A DNA stretch of 38,170 nucleotides from a virus. Lineage: Duplodnaviria > Caudoviricetes. The stretch spans positions 1-38,170 of the IMG/VR virus record IMGVR_UViG_3300030392_000880; one strand, 5' to 3'. The position numbers and the translations under genes were made by a program. Positions 36,280 to 38,170 of the stretch are shown piece by piece (the stretch's first letter is position 1; every line of letters begins with the position of its first letter). The notes under the pieces are model-generated. The model did no database searches and was not told the origin of the DNA. It was given only the letters and a program-made list of their open reading frames with translations.

Positions 36280-36707
36280 TGCCACATGGTAAGAACCATT
36301 TTGTAAATAAGCAAGACGAGACTTGGGCAGAAGTGGATGTTGAGGGTAAGGACATGAGAGTCTTAATACCTGACAACAAGTATGCTTATGGCGATAACGA
36401 ATCTGTAGCTCAAATGGCTCAGGATGTAGCAGGTAAACACGCTGATAACAGCGATACTGCCGCAACTAAAGCCTATGAACAGGCAAGAGAACAGTTGGAA
36501 ACGACTGATTTCAAATCTGTTAAAAGACAACACGCTATAGAAAGATTAAACGCTAAAAGGCCCAAGTTTGTGTTATTACCCCATGAAGATGACTTTGGTA
36601 CGATAAAAGGGTATACAGTTTTAACACAACTTACTTACCCTGATGGTCGGCAGGAATTAAAAGATAAATATCTTTCTGTCGAAGAAATAGCAAAGCATAT
36701 GGGGTAA
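36279..36707 (+). CDS. Hypothetical protein
   Basis: 142 aa, TAATG coupling. Confidence 0.75.
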   Translation: MPHGKNHFVNKQDETWAEVDVEGKDMRVLIPDNKYAYGDNESVAQMAQDVAGKHADNSDTAATKAYEQAREQLETTDFKSVKRQHAIERLNAKRPKFVLLPHEDDFGTIKGYTVLTQLTYPDGRQELKDKYLSVEEIAKHMG

Positions 36708-36711
36708 TGAG

Positions 36712-37008
36712 ATGGCTACGTTTACAGCAGGTACAGTTACAGTAAGTTCAGCAGGAACTAGAGTACAAGTTACATCAACACCAACACCGATAAGGCGTGT
36801 GAGATTCCAAGCACCTCCGGGAAACTCAGGAATCACGTATGTCGGTGCATCTACCGTTTCGGCTTCTGTAACAGGTATAGAATTTGCCGCAGCAGGTGGG
36901 AATGAATCGGTAGATTTTACTGAAGGCAGACCAGGAGACTTATCAGAGTTTTACTGTGATGCTGCAACTAACGGAGATAAAATACATTACATGGCGGTAC
37001 AAGTATAA
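36712..37008 (+). CDS. Small beta-sandwich virion protein
   Basis: VTVSSAGT...FQAPPGNSGITYVG...G motif. Confidence 0.6.
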   Translation: MATFTAGTVTVSSAGTRVQVTSTPTPIRRVRFQAPPGNSGITYVGASTVSASVTGIEFAAAGGNESVDFTEGRPGDLSEFYCDAATNGDKIHYMAVQV

Positions 37009-38170
37009 TGCCAGCAACTATTTCAACAACTTCAACGGTAGATACTATACTTCCTGAGTACGCAAGATTTATTGGTGCTTGGGTAGGTTCTTTTTCTACT
37101 ACAACAAATATTGGTGCAGGAACAAGTGTAATATCTACAGGATTAACTGATAGAGGATTTACAACAGACGATACACTTAATGACTTTTATGTCAGATGCA
37201 CAAGTGGTAATAACGATAATACCATTAGAAGAATAAGTGATTTTACAGGTTCTTCAGGAACTATTACAATAACAGGAACAAATTTATCAGCAGAATCAGG
37301 GTCGACAACATTTGAACTTTATAGATATGACCCGAATTTACTAATAGAAACCTTAAATGCTGGTTCACAAAACTCATTTCCTGCTCTTTATGTAGAAGTC
37401 AATGACAGAAATGTAACATTGGCACAGTCACAACAGTTATATGCAAGACCAACATCTATACCGGCAGGGTACGTAAGACAGTTGTCTATCGAGCCACGTA
37501 TGGATGCTAAATCCTATGCAAACAATATTGTAGGAACACTTAATTGTGATTTTGAAAATAGTACGATAAGTACAGATTGGACAGCATCAAATATTACTTT
37601 AGCAGCAGAAGAAGAAACTACAGGACCTGATAACTTTGTAGTATACGCAGGAACACAATCAGGTAAGTGTACAGTTTCCGCTAGTTCTACTGCAACTCTG
37701 CTTATGACAGTTCCGTCAGGAACTAACTATGTAGGAGAAGAAATCAATGTCGGAATATGGGTATATAGCAGAACTGCCAGTAGAGTTAGTGCGGCTATTC
37801 AGTTAGATTCTGGTAGCGTCAGTTTAGGTTCTACACATAGTGGTCTTGGTTGGGAAAGACTAACACATACATTAGTAGCAGATGGAGTCAGTTCCAGTAT
37901 CAAGGTAGGTGTGTCCGCAACTAGTGGTACTGCATTTGTATTCTATGCTGATGAGATAATAACTACAGCAGGTCAGTCAGAAATACCAAGAATCCCTGTA
38001 CGAAAATTATTTGCATGGAAAGAAGAAGGTTCTTCTATAAGATTATTAGAAGGGTTTGCAGGAGATAGAAATTTATTGATTACAGGTATGGGGATGATAG
38101 ATTTTTCTCAGGTAGATACTACAGGTTCAAACACCATAGAACTAAACCAGTCTCAGAGACGTATGTTATA
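37008..38170 (+). CDS. Putative head-to-tail adaptor, N-terminal part (runs off the end; not in ORF track)
   Basis: ATG 37008 coupled to upstream TAA, open to the window end, in frame with ORF 4-915. Confidence 0.7.
   Translation, partial: MPATISTTSTVDTILPEYARFIGAWVGSFSTTTNIGAGTSVISTGLTDRGFTTDDTLNDFYVRCTSGNNDNTIRRISDFTGSSGTITITGTNLSAESGSTTFELYRYDPNLLIETLNAGSQNSFPALYVEVNDRNVTLAQSQQLYARPTSIPAGYVRQLSIEPRMDAKSYANNIVGTLNCDFENSTISTDWTASNITLAAEEETTGPDNFVVYAGTQSGKCTVSASSTATLLMTVPSGTNYVGEEINVGIWVYSRTASRVSAAIQLDSGSVSLGSTHSGLGWERLTHTLVADGVSSSIKVGVSATSGTAFVFYADEIITTAGQSEIPRIPVRKLFAWKEEGSSIRLLEGFAGDRNLLITGMGMIDFSQVDTTGSNTIELNQSQRRML
37416..38170. repeat. Terminal direct repeat, copy B
   Basis: Begins acattggcacagtcacaac and ends gtatgttata, matching 1-755; implies a circular map of 37,415 bp. 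Confidence 0.97.

Overview
The window looks like one complete, circularly permuted tailed-phage genome of about 37,415 bp. It carries a 755-bp terminal overlap (1-755 and 37416-38170) whose two copies differ at about 71 positions by manual count. The architecture is podovirus-like. The + strand block (21033 through the end, continuing to 8994) encodes an HNH-like protein, terminase, portal, two large probable ejection proteins, scaffold, major capsid, adaptor, nozzle, tail fibre and a membrane-protein lysis cluster with no recognisable endolysin. The - strand block (20365 to 9137) holds AT-rich small early genes under sigma70 promoters, a PrimPol-helicase, an HTH protein, an SSB-like protein and two PD-(D/E)XK nucleases. 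No integrase, DNA polymerase A/B, reverse transcriptase or CRISPR array is visible. The most notable content is non-coding RNA on the - strand: (1) a 72-nt mini-tmRNA consisting only of the tRNA-like domain, whose message region is replaced by a loop that lies within a perfect 14-nt complement of an early-gene ribosome-binding site; (2) a three-way-junction RNA whose loops are antisense to Shine-Dalgarno and AUG sites of early genes; (3) a promoter-driven anti-RBS hairpin sRNA; (4) a type III hammerhead ribozyme; (5) two H-type pseudoknots and a large structured leader. The first three may form an antisense system that shuts off early-gene translation. The host is tentatively a peptidoglycan-poor Chloroflexota bacterium (Dehalococcoidia/SAR202-like), which is inference only. 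All calls come from reading the sequence; no searches or folding programs were run.
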